20,731 bases of DNA from a virus: IMG/VR virus record IMGVR_UViG_3300034069_001614. One strand, given 5' to 3'. Every line of letters begins with the position of its first letter. Within the stretch, counting starts at the first letter, position 1. Made by a program: the position numbers and the translations under genes. Shown here piece after piece: positions 1 through 7,367 of this stretch. The notes under the pieces are model-generated. The model was not told the DNA's origin. It saw nothing but the letters and a program-made list of their open reading frames with translations, and searched no databases.

Positions 1-29
1 ACATCGTAGGTCAGCTTCTTTACTATCAT
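1..29 (-). CDS. 5' end of a gene running out of the window (MIVKEADLR...)
   Basis: ATG at 29 overlaps the HNH stop (ATGA) and is preceded by AAGGA; open to the window edge. Confidence 0.55.
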
Positions 30-562
30 TTGTTTTCCTTTCTATTCTTATACAAAGGAGTTTCTACTGCCTCTTTTACAGACCATCCATACTTTCTTAG
101 TCTTTCTCTCATTGTCGTGTAAGGAATGCTTGCTATAATTGACAGCTCAAATGTAGTGTACAGAATTTCTTTGTAAAGATTAGTTCTTACGGACAATTTT
201 CTTTGATGTTTAGCTGTGTCTCCAATACCGTTTACAATTTTGGAGAAATCACCAAAAGCAGCGTATCTATACTTCAGAACTTCTACATGTATTCCAGTAA
301 CAGTAGCTAGTTCTCGGAGACTAAGCATATTACCTAAGTTGTCTTCTACAACAACATTTTCGGAAACATTTATTCTGTTTGAATAAGTCAGTCTTCGGTT
401 GTTAGCCTGAGTTTTCTTGTTAGCCCAACGTAAATTACCAGGCTCGTAGTTACCAAACACATCAATTCTGTCTAAAGTGTACCCTTTGGGTCTTTGTCCC
501 AAAACATTTTCCACGTAACTGATAAATCTTTGAAATCTGACGCGATAGTCCCAGAAGATCAA
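26..562 (-). CDS. HNH homing endonuclease with two C-terminal HTH-like DNA-binding segments; N-terminally truncated, possibly degenerate
   Basis: RPKGYTLDRIDVFGNYEPGNLRWANKKTQANNRR is a typical phage HNH core; C-terminal SLRELATVTGI and IPYTTMRERLRKYGWSVKEAVETP; lacks the usual YGGRGI N-terminal segment; AT-rich. Confidence 0.85.
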   Translation of the reverse strand: MIFWDYRVRFQRFISYVENVLGQRPKGYTLDRIDVFGNYEPGNLRWANKKTQANNRRLTYSNRINVSENVVVEDNLGNMLSLRELATVTGIHVEVLKYRYAAFGDFSKIVNGIGDTAKHQRKLSVRTNLYKEILYTTFELSIIASIPYTTMRERLRKYGWSVKEAVETPLYKNRKENK

Positions 563-580
563 AGGTCATCTTTCAATTCC

Positions 581-1156
581 TTAATTCTTAAGACGAGGTT
601 TCACCGCTACCAGGTAAGCCCACTGATAGGGTTCATCGCTATCCTTTTTGCTAAGATCTTCTTCCAGATTAATCCATCCTTCAAGAGCATCACCTAACAC
701 AATGGTTAATAAAGCATCAAGCGCTAGAATATTTTGAGTGCTTAATTGGGGAAGGGTTGAATCAAGATAAGCATCTCTTAGGTGAAAAAGAAGAGATCCC
801 AACACCAAATGAACACATGTTGTTAAATCGTCATCGTTCATACCGATCTGATAAGCGATATCATTTTCCCTTGTTACAAAGATCAAGTACCGATCGATGT
901 CAAAGGTACTCATGGTACCATCAAGATCAGTAAGATTAATAAATGACTGAGTATCAGCATCTCTTCTAAACGTTATCAGAATTCGACTAATTGATGGATC
1001 ATCGAGAGTACGACGATCTTCATCACAAAGTTCTTCGTTTAAAGGAATATTGCGCCGAGTCTTGGGACCGGTAAGGGGTTCAGCCAGGTCGATCATCAGG
1101 GACCGTTGATACAAATGACTGGTGGTAATAAATTGAGTGGAGGTGAATGTGTTCAC
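581..1156 (-). CDS. hypothetical phage protein (191 aa)
   Basis: GTG start with GGAGAG RBS; TATATTAC motif upstream. Confidence 0.8.
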   Translation of the reverse strand: MNTFTSTQFITTSHLYQRSLMIDLAEPLTGPKTRRNIPLNEELCDEDRRTLDDPSISRILITFRRDADTQSFINLTDLDGTMSTFDIDRYLIFVTRENDIAYQIGMNDDDLTTCVHLVLGSLLFHLRDAYLDSTLPQLSTQNILALDALLTIVLGDALEGWINLEEDLSKKDSDEPYQWAYLVAVKPRLKN

Positions 1157-1191
1157 GATATTAACTCTCCGTATTTCAAATCATCAACAGG

Positions 1192-1199
1192 GTAATATA
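1192..1199 (-). promoter_or_regulatory. phiKZ-type early promoter motif TATATTAC
   Basis: Exact match to the phiKZ early consensus, intergenic, ~35 nt upstream of 581..1156. Confidence 0.65.
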
Positions 1200-1224
1200 T
1201 CTTTTTATTGTTTCTGACAATTTA

Positions 1225-1244
1225 TATTGTTCTTTGATCGTATG
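1225..1244 (+). promoter_or_regulatory. putative phiKZ-type late promoter (ATATTGTTCTTTGATCG-TATG)
   Basis: TATG at 1241-1244 upstream of a virion gene; context nearly identical to that upstream of tailspike 2 (ATTGTCTTGATCT-TATG). Confidence 0.5.
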
Positions 1245-1280
1245 ATCCAAACCGATCTTTTTTAAACACAGGTATTCATT

Positions 1281-2084
1281 ATGCAATCAACAATGACCTA
1301 CATACTAGGCTTTATCCGTGATAACATTGCCCCTGAACTTCTACAGCTCGCATTTAAGCCCCGTAAATACAACACCACTGTGGAACAGCGGATTATCTCT
1401 GAGATCATTGAAGGTCCCATTCTTCTTGATACTAATCTGGTTGGTGGTAAAAGACGTGATATTTACATCAATCCTAGTTGGCGGATGGATATCAATTATT
1501 CCAACGATTTTAACATTGCAGGTCCTGGAGTAGAATCGTCCTTTTACCTTATTCCTGATAGCGCTAGAGAATATCGAAATATTTCATCGGTGATTGGTAT
1601 TACCCCTTTTATCGGGGGTGCTTATCCAGGGGGTATCGGTACCAGCGCTGGTATGGGTAACACGGCTACAGCGATGCTAGGTCAGATGATTAACACCCGT
1701 ACTTTCTCTCAAACAGCCGTCCAGCCTACCGTGACCTTGGAAGGCACTAACATCATTCGCTTTACCCCTGAACTACTTACTGATGGGTTGGCGGTCACCG
1801 TAATGCTGGAATTTGATGCAGAGTTTCTTAACATGCGCACCAGTAGCATGCTAGCTATGCGTGAGTTATGTCTGTGTGCAGTGCAGCGTTATATCGCCAC
1901 CAACGTTCGTGTTTCGGTAGATGAAACTGAAATTGTTGCTGGTATGGAAATTGGTGTTATTAAAACAATGGTCGAAGAATGTGTCGAAAAAGCCAAGGAT
2001 TACAACGATCGTCTTCGTTCTCTTAAAGGTACACTGACGTTTGATCCATCTTCTTTTTCAAGAATCATATACCACGCTTTGTAA
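1281..2084 (+). CDS. conserved phiKZ-like (Chimalliviridae) putative virion structural protein
   Basis: N-terminal pattern I..ELL.LAF...TVEQRI..E.I...IL.DTNLVGG recalled from conserved phiKZ-like virion proteins; only long credible + strand gene; late-type motif upstream, hairpin downstream. Confidence 0.7.
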   Translation: MQSTMTYILGFIRDNIAPELLQLAFKPRKYNTTVEQRIISEIIEGPILLDTNLVGGKRRDIYINPSWRMDINYSNDFNIAGPGVESSFYLIPDSAREYRNISSVIGITPFIGGAYPGGIGTSAGMGNTATAMLGQMINTRTFSQTAVQPTVTLEGTNIIRFTPELLTDGLAVTVMLEFDAEFLNMRTSSMLAMRELCLCAVQRYIATNVRVSVDETEIVAGMEIGVIKTMVEECVEKAKDYNDRLRSLKGTLTFDPSSFSRIIYHAL

Positions 2085-2088
2085 TCAC

Positions 2089-2125
2089 TAATAAGTAAGA
2101 GGGGTTTAACCCCTCTTACTTATTA
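2089..2125. terminator. bidirectional hairpin between convergent genes
   Basis: Perfect 18-bp inverted repeat TAATAAGTAAGAGGGGTT-T-AACCCCTCTTACTTATTA. Confidence 0.85.
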
Positions 2126-2127
2126 TT

Positions 2128-2349
2128 CTAATCTAATTTGGTCAGCTGTAAGATGGCAAGCAACGGCTTCTTGATATCATCAAGCGTTGTTGCTTCGTTA
2201 ATTGCCTTAACAAGATTTTCTCTCAAAAGATTGTTTCTGATACTTATCCGTAGAAGCCCGGGGGTTGCTCCCCAATATAGCTTTTGGCGTTCTGCGACTT
2301 CTTTTTCTACTTGTTCGCTGGAAGGTTCAAATATAGCGAGAGCGTTCAT
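2128..2349 (-). CDS. hypothetical protein (73 aa, MNALAIFEP...)
   Basis: ATG at 2349 with GAGGAAGGA RBS; fits the operon. Confidence 0.7.
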   Translation of the reverse strand: MNALAIFEPSSEQVEKEVAERQKLYWGATPGLLRISIRNNLLRENLVKAINEATTLDDIKKPLLAILQLTKLD

Positions 2350-2379
2350 GTCAGTTGTCCTTCCTCTCAATGTCACCCT

Positions 2380-3009
2380 TTAATTAGTAGTCCCAGTTCC
2401 TTCTTCATTAATGTCCGCATCCCCAAGGGAAGCATGACGCTGCTTAACAATCCACAAACCCACCACCATCGCCTCAGGGCTAGTCTGTCCTTCTTTCAAC
2501 GGACGGTCTTGCACTGCCACAATAACGTCAAGCGCATCGTTAAACAGAATAGCAACAAGAGAGCGTAGAACGATATGTGAGACGCCCTGAGCATTCTTGT
2601 TCATGCCTTCGGTGGTGTTAAGCTCCAACACCGTTGTGATGGCAACGTTTAACGCTGTTAGAATCGTTGCATTAATGGATTCTTCCGAAACATCTACAGA
2701 TGAATCGTCTCGTTGAACTTGACGCATAAAGCCGTCCATAAACCCGTCAATCGCAAACTGACGATCAAGACGTTCATGATCCAGGAACTTATAGATAATA
2801 GCATTACCTTTAAGGTTGGTATAATTAACCAGGATCCGGGTATCGTCACCATCATCCTCGACGCGGGGAAAGGTTTCACTCAGTTCAAGCTCAACTGTCA
2901 TCTGTGTAGTGATGTCAGGTACTAGAAATGACAACAACGACGTGCTACGAGCAAGTTGGTAAAGCTTACTATCATCTAGCTTAGGAAGAAACACAGAAGA
3001 GTCGGTCAT
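2380..3009 (-). CDS. hypothetical acidic phage protein (209 aa)
   Basis: Long ORF; ATGA overlap with upstream gene. Confidence 0.8.
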   Translation of the reverse strand: MTDSSVFLPKLDDSKLYQLARSTSLLSFLVPDITTQMTVELELSETFPRVEDDGDDTRILVNYTNLKGNAIIYKFLDHERLDRQFAIDGFMDGFMRQVQRDDSSVDVSEESINATILTALNVAITTVLELNTTEGMNKNAQGVSHIVLRSLVAILFNDALDVIVAVQDRPLKEGQTSPEAMVVGLWIVKQRHASLGDADINEEGTGTTN

Positions 3010-3215
3010 TCGCTAATCTCCACACTGTTGTTGATGCCTTTAGAGCGACCAACGATTTGCACCACTAAGAAGGTTTCACCCTGATACTTCATTGATAAAC
3101 GCTCAGCTTCTTTGTCGGCTGGTTCGCGTTCAACGTACCATTTTTTAGGCTTGGTTCCTGCATTCTTTCGCATGACCCCAAAGTGGCCAGCAAAATGGTT
3201 AGTATCAATATCCAT
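3006..3215 (-). CDS. small conserved phage hypothetical protein
   Basis: A..EAERL...Y.GETF.V pattern recalled from small phage proteins; AAGGGG RBS. Confidence 0.75.
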   Translation of the reverse strand: MDIDTNHFAGHFGVMRKNAGTKPKKWYVEREPADKEAERLSMKYQGETFLVVQIVGRSKGINNSVEISE

Positions 3216-3279
3216 AATGGTATCCCCTTAGGTCATAATGTCAATCTGTCAAAAACAAACAAAAAATAAACTATAAAAG

Positions 3280-3304
3280 ACAAGGGGGCTCATCACCCCC
3301 TTGT
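3280..3304 (-). terminator. intrinsic terminator
   Basis: 9-bp stem ACAAGGGGG/CCCCCTTGT followed by a T-rich run on the minus strand, after 3316..3612. Confidence 0.75.
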
Positions 3305-3315
3305 ACTTGAGTCTG

Positions 3316-3612
3316 TTAACTGCTTTGATTAGCCAACCGCAGTACTGGAGAGCTTTCTGTCACAGGTGGTTTATCATGTACGACATTGAACATAGTAGGC
3401 TTGGTCATTTCAGCCCCGAGGATATCAAGCAGTTCGGCAAGGTCGCCGATAGTCTTTTCGTTGATCGAGGCAACAATGGCTTTGGCGGCAACTGAATTGT
3501 CGCTAGCCTTGGTAAACAACAGTTCGAGTTCATGTCTGATATATTTGGTATAGTCAGTGTGGATAGTCTTACCATCCGAAGCCAACCAGCTGGCAGTAGG
3601 TGCTGCAACCAT
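3316..3612 (-). CDS. hypothetical phage protein (98 aa)
   Basis: W.ASDGK...HE N-terminal pattern seen in small phage proteins; AAAGGG RBS. Confidence 0.7.
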   Translation of the reverse strand: MVAAPTASWLASDGKTIHTDYTKYIRHELELLFTKASDNSVAAKAIVASINEKTIGDLAELLDILGAEMTKPTMFNVVHDKPPVTESSPVLRLANQSS

Positions 3613-3650
3613 GACGTAAACCCTTTTGTAAAGAGAATCAGAAAGAAAGA

Positions 3651-4103
3651 TTACATCGACATCCCACCGGGGATGTTGCTGGTCATTTTCGAGAAGGTCC
3701 GACCACCATCATGGGTCGTCACCCAGAACATGGCAGGCTGACCAACCTTGATATCAGTCATATAACCATCATCGCCGTGCTCAACACTGATCGTCGCGGT
3801 GCCGCCATAAGCCTTGGGATTGAGATGGTAGATGTAGATCACCGAAAAGGTCTGTGCCTTGCCACGCAGATCAGCAGCCGGGGTCATGCTGAATGTACGG
3901 TGATCGAGACCTGCGCTGTTACCGGCAACGAACTGATGGACGACCACGCACGCCTGAACGCGCTGATTGGCCTCGTGACAAGGCATCTCGATATTGTTGA
4001 ACGACGTCACCGATGCTGCTGCAACAGCCGCCGGCATCATGAAGTAGAGCACCGTCATCAGCAGCGACACGCAGAGCGACAGCGGGAAAATCTTCTTGAG
4101 CAT
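3651..4103 (-). CDS. secreted or membrane-anchored protein with a single Asp-box (BNR) motif
   Basis: Hydrophobic N-terminal signal/TM segment ending AVAAA; C-terminal TTHDGGRTF; AAGGA RBS; GC-rich. Confidence 0.75.
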   Translation of the reverse strand: MLKKIFPLSLCVSLLMTVLYFMMPAAVAAASVTSFNNIEMPCHEANQRVQACVVVHQFVAGNSAGLDHRTFSMTPAADLRGKAQTFSVIYIYHLNPKAYGGTATISVEHGDDGYMTDIKVGQPAMFWVTTHDGGRTFSKMTSNIPGGMSM

Positions 4104-4167
4104 GAGGTATTCCTTTCAGAAAATAATAGGGTGAAAATGAACAAAGCTTTATTCTTCATTCACCTCA

Positions 4168-4175
4168 GTAATACA
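4168..4175 (-). promoter_or_regulatory. early promoter motif variant TGTATTAC
   Basis: One mismatch to TATATTAC; intergenic, upstream of 3651..4103. Confidence 0.5.
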
Positions 4176-4202
4176 GTGATTCACTTGGTTGATCTCGGTT
4201 TT

Positions 4203-4859
4203 TTAAGCTTCAGTAGTAAAGCGTGTTCGTTGATACGCATGCGTAATGGCTTTCGCCTGACTAATGGCATCATACAAAGCATGGTGAAGGGTACCACAAT
4301 TGTGAGCTTTAAGCCATTCAGTGTGATCACCAACACGACCAAAATCAAAGGCCGTGCGGGTATCTCTGGGTGCTCGGTAATACCAAGGAACGAGGAGATC
4401 ACAAGCTTGGTAAGCTGCAGCTAGGATAGGGAGATCAAAGACCTTACCGTGTGTCCAAATTCGAACATCAACGGCTTGTCCGTAGCGGATGTCACGAGAA
4501 TAGCGACCGATAAACTGCGTAAGCTTAATTAAAGCTTCTTTCAGATCAATGGGATTCTTAAACGCAGCGCGTGCGTCTTCAGGCTGATCGGCCCACCACT
4601 GTTCTGTTTTGGGATTGCGTTTTAGATTATATTTCCTACCCCAGCTTTCCTTGTTTTTAGGATCTCCACTGATATAGATTTCAGGGTTTTCACAAGCATA
4701 GTAGAAAAGCGGATCAGCATGATCGGCAGTGGTCAACGGAAACTCAGAGGGTACATCAGGGTTATTGAGGTTGAACACCACCGCCCCAATGCTGCGGATA
4801 TCATCGCCTGGATCTGTTCCCCAAGTCTCAAGGTCTAAACTAATATCGACATAATTCAT
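4203..4859 (-). CDS. DEDDh 3'-5' exonuclease (Rv2179c/DUF5051-like)
   Basis: SLDLETWG, SIGAV.F, WTHGKVFDLPIL, PW.Y...RDTRT and HHALYDAISQA motifs; ATG at 4859 with AAGGA RBS. Confidence 0.9.
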   Translation of the reverse strand: MNYVDISLDLETWGTDPGDDIRSIGAVVFNLNNPDVPSEFPLTTADHADPLFYYACENPEIYISGDPKNKESWGRKYNLKRNPKTEQWWADQPEDARAAFKNPIDLKEALIKLTQFIGRYSRDIRYGQAVDVRIWTHGKVFDLPILAAAYQACDLLVPWYYRAPRDTRTAFDFGRVGDHTEWLKAHNCGTLHHALYDAISQAKAITHAYQRTRFTTEA

Positions 4860-4869
4860 AAGGTGTTCC

Positions 4870-5379
4870 TTATTTGTTTCTACCAACGGCGTGTTTGTCA
4901 AAATAGCGATACAATGTTGAGCGACCTACTCCTAATTGCCTAGCCATTTTGGTCACCCCATAGCCGCGCCTAATTCCTTCTTGAACAACTAATTGCTGTA
5001 GCTGTTCTATCGACAGGAGATTACCCTCACTGTCACTAAGACGAATACATCCTTCAGGACAGTCAGGTAGTGGTTCACCCGGAAGATCGTTTTCTTCAAC
5101 AACAGGGTGAATCACAACTGGTTCTAGTTCAGGATCGACGTCGCCAATAAATCGACAACGAAGACCCAGTGTTCGGTAGACGTTAATAACGTGAAAAATG
5201 TTTAGCCGTTTTTTAGTACCTACCATCAATGACGTGACAGTAAACGCAGATAGGCCTGAGCGTTTCACCAGTTCAGCGACCGTTAGACCCCTTTCATTGA
5301 CGCGGTTAGTAAGGTCAGCTGAAATCTCTTCAACAATCCGATCAGTTTGAGAACTTAGCGATGGAATAGAGTTGGTCAT
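4870..5379 (-). CDS. dual-HTH DNA-binding protein (N-terminal XRE HTH, C-terminal Fis-type HTH_8)
   Basis: RGLTVAELVKRSGLSAFTVTSL and GVTKMARQLGVGRSTLYRY joined by a Pro/Glu-rich linker; ATG at 5379 preferred over TTG at 5397. Confidence 0.8.
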   Translation of the reverse strand: MTNSIPSLSSQTDRIVEEISADLTNRVNERGLTVAELVKRSGLSAFTVTSLMVGTKKRLNIFHVINVYRTLGLRCRFIGDVDPELEPVVIHPVVEENDLPGEPLPDCPEGCIRLSDSEGNLLSIEQLQQLVVQEGIRRGYGVTKMARQLGVGRSTLYRYFDKHAVGRNK

Positions 5380-5407
5380 AAAAGACTCTTTATTCAATCA
5401 ATCGTCA

Positions 5408-5448
5408 GCAATATAATCCCTACCCCTTTTTACAGGGTAAGGATTATA
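5408..5448 (-). promoter_or_regulatory. hairpin (5412-5448) overlapping early promoter variant TATATTGC (5408-5415)
   Basis: Arms TATAATCCCTACCC / GGGTAAGGATTATA, 14 bp with one mismatch; motif lies upstream of the HTH gene. Confidence 0.5.
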
Positions 5449-5460
5449 CTTTACTGTTGA

Positions 5461-5811
5461 TTAATGATGATAAATGTGAACCGTACGACTATTGCCATAA
5501 TGGTGTACAATAACCGTTCGCTGTGCTGGATAGTAAGGACGATGATACGGCTGAACGACCGTTTGGCCATAAGGCTGATGATAAGCGTAAGACTGTTGCT
5601 GGTTAACGCCCCGGTGATGCCCTAGAGCATAACCAGCTGCAAGACCTGCACCGCCTGCTAGAATTGCTCCTGTGTGATCGTGGGACACAACGGTGGTAGT
5701 CTGCTGACCACAATCACGATCGTTAGGATTACACGCCATCTGACTATTGCGTGAACCACATGCCGCGAGACTCAGCGCCGTAAAAGTGAGAACGACAACA
5801 AGCTTCTTCAT
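5461..5811 (-). CDS. small lipoprotein with Gly-zipper-like segment and His/Tyr/Gln-rich tail
   Basis: MKKLVVVLTFTALSLAA|C lipobox; GAILAGGAGLAAGYALG; ends HIYHH; start at 5811 or 5817. Confidence 0.8.
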   Translation of the reverse strand: MKKLVVVLTFTALSLAACGSRNSQMACNPNDRDCGQQTTTVVSHDHTGAILAGGAGLAAGYALGHHRGVNQQQSYAYHQPYGQTVVQPYHRPYYPAQRTVIVHHYGNSRTVHIYHH

Positions 5812-5909
5812 AAACATTTCCCTGACAATGGAGAAAGAATGACGATAACGACGGTATACTGTTATCATGATAATTGCGGATAAGAACTAGAATAATAATT
5901 AACGCTAGT

Positions 5910-6977
5910 TTAGTCAACTCGATAGAGACCAAAGCGGTGAAAAGATAGATGAGGTAAGGTGACGGGACACGGCTCACCCAACCACAACCAACGCAAAACA
6001 GCATAGTGTTTGATAACATAATAAGCCATCATGCTACCCACAAAGGATGTCACCGCAATCCATAAAAATTCAACAACCGCATGGTTAGCTATATGAGCGT
6101 GTTCCCAGCAATATTGTGCTATCTTACCAAGCGGCCAATGCCACAAGTAAATCGTAAGACTCGGTCCGCAAAGCGGTTTGGTCCACTTAAGGTCTAGCTT
6201 TGTTGTAGTGGCTAAACTAGTAACGCCTAGGCAAATCCCAACGCCAAATAAAGCACGCAATACGGCTTTGTTGACCCAGTACGGATTGTAAGCCGCAAGA
6301 ATCATCCAGCCGATCAGACTGATAAGGCCCAACCAACGCCATCCAGCCGCGTTGAGGGGATTGGTGGTTTTGGCTTTAAGCGCTAACACCATTCCTGCTA
6401 GATAATAAAGTTCATAATCGATGACCTTCGATACACTTTGGGTTAAAGAGAAATAACTTGACCATTCCCAGCGATTGTCAATACGGTGACGCATCATTTC
6501 TGCAGCAATCTGAACAATCAACACCATCACTGCACTCTTATAGGGGTGTTGTTTGATATGAGTGTACAACCACGCAACAACACCAACCCGCCACAGAACG
6601 GTATTGATGACCACCAGACTAAACAACGCAATCAGAAACCACGTGTTAGCGGCATCAAGCAAGGTTACATAGTCATTAACGAAAAAGTACCGAACAGGTA
6701 TGATAAGAAAGATCACAGCCGTCATGGCTGGCAACAACAATTGTCGGGCGCGCTTGATAATGAACTGCGATTTCTGCATCGATGACAACGTAATGTAACC
6801 GCTGATGATAAAGAAGGCTTGCATGCGAAAGACATGAATCACATCAACAAACCAGTTCCACTCATTAAATCCTGCAACGGGTTTGCTAACATCGCCTGCT
6901 GCATGAAAGATCACACCAAGGAGCATCAGGATAACCCTGACGTCATCAATCGATGTGATGCGCTTTCTGCTATCCAT
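5910..6977 (-). CDS. membrane acyltransferase family 3 (MdoC/OpgC/OafA-like)
   Basis: RITSIDDVRVILMLLGVIFH, IHVFRMQAFFIISGY, KRARQLLLP, WFL..LF and SLTIYLWH motifs; about 10 TM segments; ATG at 6977 with AAAGGAG RBS. Confidence 0.9.
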   Translation of the reverse strand: MDSRKRITSIDDVRVILMLLGVIFHAAGDVSKPVAGFNEWNWFVDVIHVFRMQAFFIISGYITLSSMQKSQFIIKRARQLLLPAMTAVIFLIIPVRYFFVNDYVTLLDAANTWFLIALFSLVVINTVLWRVGVVAWLYTHIKQHPYKSAVMVLIVQIAAEMMRHRIDNRWEWSSYFSLTQSVSKVIDYELYYLAGMVLALKAKTTNPLNAAGWRWLGLISLIGWMILAAYNPYWVNKAVLRALFGVGICLGVTSLATTTKLDLKWTKPLCGPSLTIYLWHWPLGKIAQYCWEHAHIANHAVVEFLWIAVTSFVGSMMAYYVIKHYAVLRWLWLGEPCPVTLPHLSFHRFGLYRVD

Positions 6978-7034
6978 GGATAACTCCTTTATGTAAAACA
7001 ATAAAGAAACACAAGTGCTTCTTTTCTCATGGAG

Positions 7035-7042
7035 GTAATATA
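7035..7042 (-). promoter_or_regulatory. early promoter motif TATATTAC
   Basis: Exact match, ~58 nt upstream of the acyltransferase ATG. Confidence 0.65.
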
Positions 7043-7105
7043 TCGATTCATTAAGCTGATCTTGTTTTTGCAACACATCATAAAAGATTAAAGTAATAAT
7101 AACAA

Positions 7106-7138
7106 TAACAAGGAGAGGTATAGCACCTCTCCTTGTTA
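7106..7138 (-). terminator. terminator hairpin after the tailspike 1 unit
   Basis: Perfect 14-bp stem TAACAAGGAGAGGT/ACCTCTCCTTGTTA, 5-nt loop, T-rich tail on the minus strand. Confidence 0.8.
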
Positions 7139-7163
7139 CTTATCTTAACTAGTAAGAAGTAGA

Positions 7164-7364
7164 TTAAAGAATAGTTTTATTAGCAGCAATCCCTTGATGG
7201 GTTAACTGCCAATTATCACCATTGTGTTCAACATGACCAAGATCTGTTGCGTAAACAAGATCGGGGTCATCTGCTGGATGTTCTTGAGTACCCAGCGCAA
7301 TCTCCCGCATCTTTCCTGCAATACGGTAGCCACGCTGCGTATCAAAACCATTTAACTCTGGCAT
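7164..7364 (-). CDS. small hypothetical protein (66 aa) directly after tailspike 1
   Basis: AAAGGAG RBS; starts 3 nt after the spike stop; LGHVE...WQLT..G resembles a winged-helix wing. Confidence 0.65.
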   Translation of the reverse strand: MPELNGFDTQRGYRIAGKMREIALGTQEHPADDPDLVYATDLGHVEHNGDNWQLTHQGIAANKTIL

Positions 7365-7367
7365 ACA

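Noticed and set aside
3711-4424. 237-aa + strand ORF
   Set aside because: Antisense shadow of two well-supported minus-strand genes; no motifs
6978-7076. 33-aa N-terminal extension of the acyltransferase
   Set aside because: Spans the promoter motif; strong RBS at ATG 6977
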